A DNA stretch of 63,614 nucleotides, filler included, from Octopus bimaculoides (Eukaryota), in NCBI RefSeq assembly GCF_001194135.2. It is 4 parts of 4 records of this genome, joined end to end, with 100 filler letters (N's around TTAATTAATTAA, not from the genome) between each part and the next. Parts side by side here need not be neighbours in the genome. Positions count along the whole stretch, not along the records: positions 61,749 to 63,614 come from NW_026393278.1; 3 more parts are not named here. One strand, given 5' to 3'. Both the position numbers and the translations under genes were made by a program. Within the stretch, counting starts at the first letter, position 1. Each line of letters starts with the position of its first letter. Of this stretch, positions 62,881 through 63,614 are shown piece by piece. The notes below the pieces were generated by a model. That model was not told where the DNA came from. It made no database searches and saw nothing but the letters and a program-made list of their open reading frames with translations.

Positions 62881-63614
62881 GTTCCTGTTACGTGGGCTAA
62901 ATTTCAGTTAAGCTGTTGAAATGTGAAGCTAACGGTTTAAGAAATATTCCTAATTTAAATTTTTATGAATAGAATTAACCGAGTGAAATCATAAATCCAG
63001 CTATCTGAGTCAATGAGTCCCAAAAATATATGAAATGAAAAATATATAAAAATACTAACACTCAGAAAAAGTACAGAAAAATACTAACACACAGAAGCAC
63101 AGAAAAATATATATATCAGAAAAATTAAAACAAAACATGCGGGTGAAAAGAATCTAGTGACGTGAAGAATCAAGTGTGAAAAATCAACATAGACAACAGC
63201 GTAACAGACAACAGTGAACCACAACAGAGCATGTGGTTGTCATGGTAACAAGCTGCTAATGCCACGCTGTCTATTGATTGTCTAAAATTATTCAAATTTC
63301 TCAACATTAATTCCAAATAACATCATATTCTTTAATTTATAAGATAAAGTAATTGGTAATCGTATTCAAAATTTAGAGTTGCATCGATACACCAAAATTG
63401 AAAGCAATCTAAGCTTATTAAGGGGAGCTCATTTTGCAAATAAGAAAAGGTGAGATCCTGAAATTCTTATAAACAATCTCTCGTGTTTTGTTTTCGGCAT
63501 ACATTTACAAGTGTGACACCCACCTATCCCCACCCCCACAAACAAACACGCACGACTCATAACTTTCATAAAAATGAATTTTTTTAAATGAAGTTTTATA
63601 CAAATACATTTCAG

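Noticed and set aside
1-63614. CRISPR arrays, rRNA genes, prokaryotic operons
   Set aside because: No regularly spaced repeat-spacer array or rRNA-like sequence was seen; the DNA is eukaryotic and repeat-derived.

Overview
This is AT-rich eukaryotic DNA, very dense in repeats, with about 20 N-gaps, most of them bordered by (TA)n/(CA)n microsatellites. The SINE families and microsatellite load suggest an octopus genome (recognised from memory, not from a database search). I found no intact, recognisable host protein-coding gene, rRNA, true tRNA or CRISPR array; most ORFs in the track are N-run or microsatellite artefacts. The window is mostly transposon debris: a near-full mariner transposase pseudogene, a ~2 kb CR1-type reverse transcriptase (RT) pseudogene, Penelope GIY-YIG fragments, R4/Dong and CRE restriction-like-endonuclease retrotransposon fragments, a Helitron Rep fragment, an ORF1-only (gag-like) element, MITEs and dozens of SINE copies. 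The most interesting signal is a set of eight minimal type I hammerhead-ribozyme (HHR)-like motifs at seven loci, found by hand-folding. They have correct or near-correct core spacing and short, mostly palindromic stem III, and they show three states of the core 3:8 pair (C3:G8, U3:A8, G3:C8). One sits behind a tRNA-derived Pol III head, and others sit in inverted-repeat structures. A few textbook splice-site pairs hint at a spliced host transcript. All folding and translation was done by eye and needs computational confirmation.
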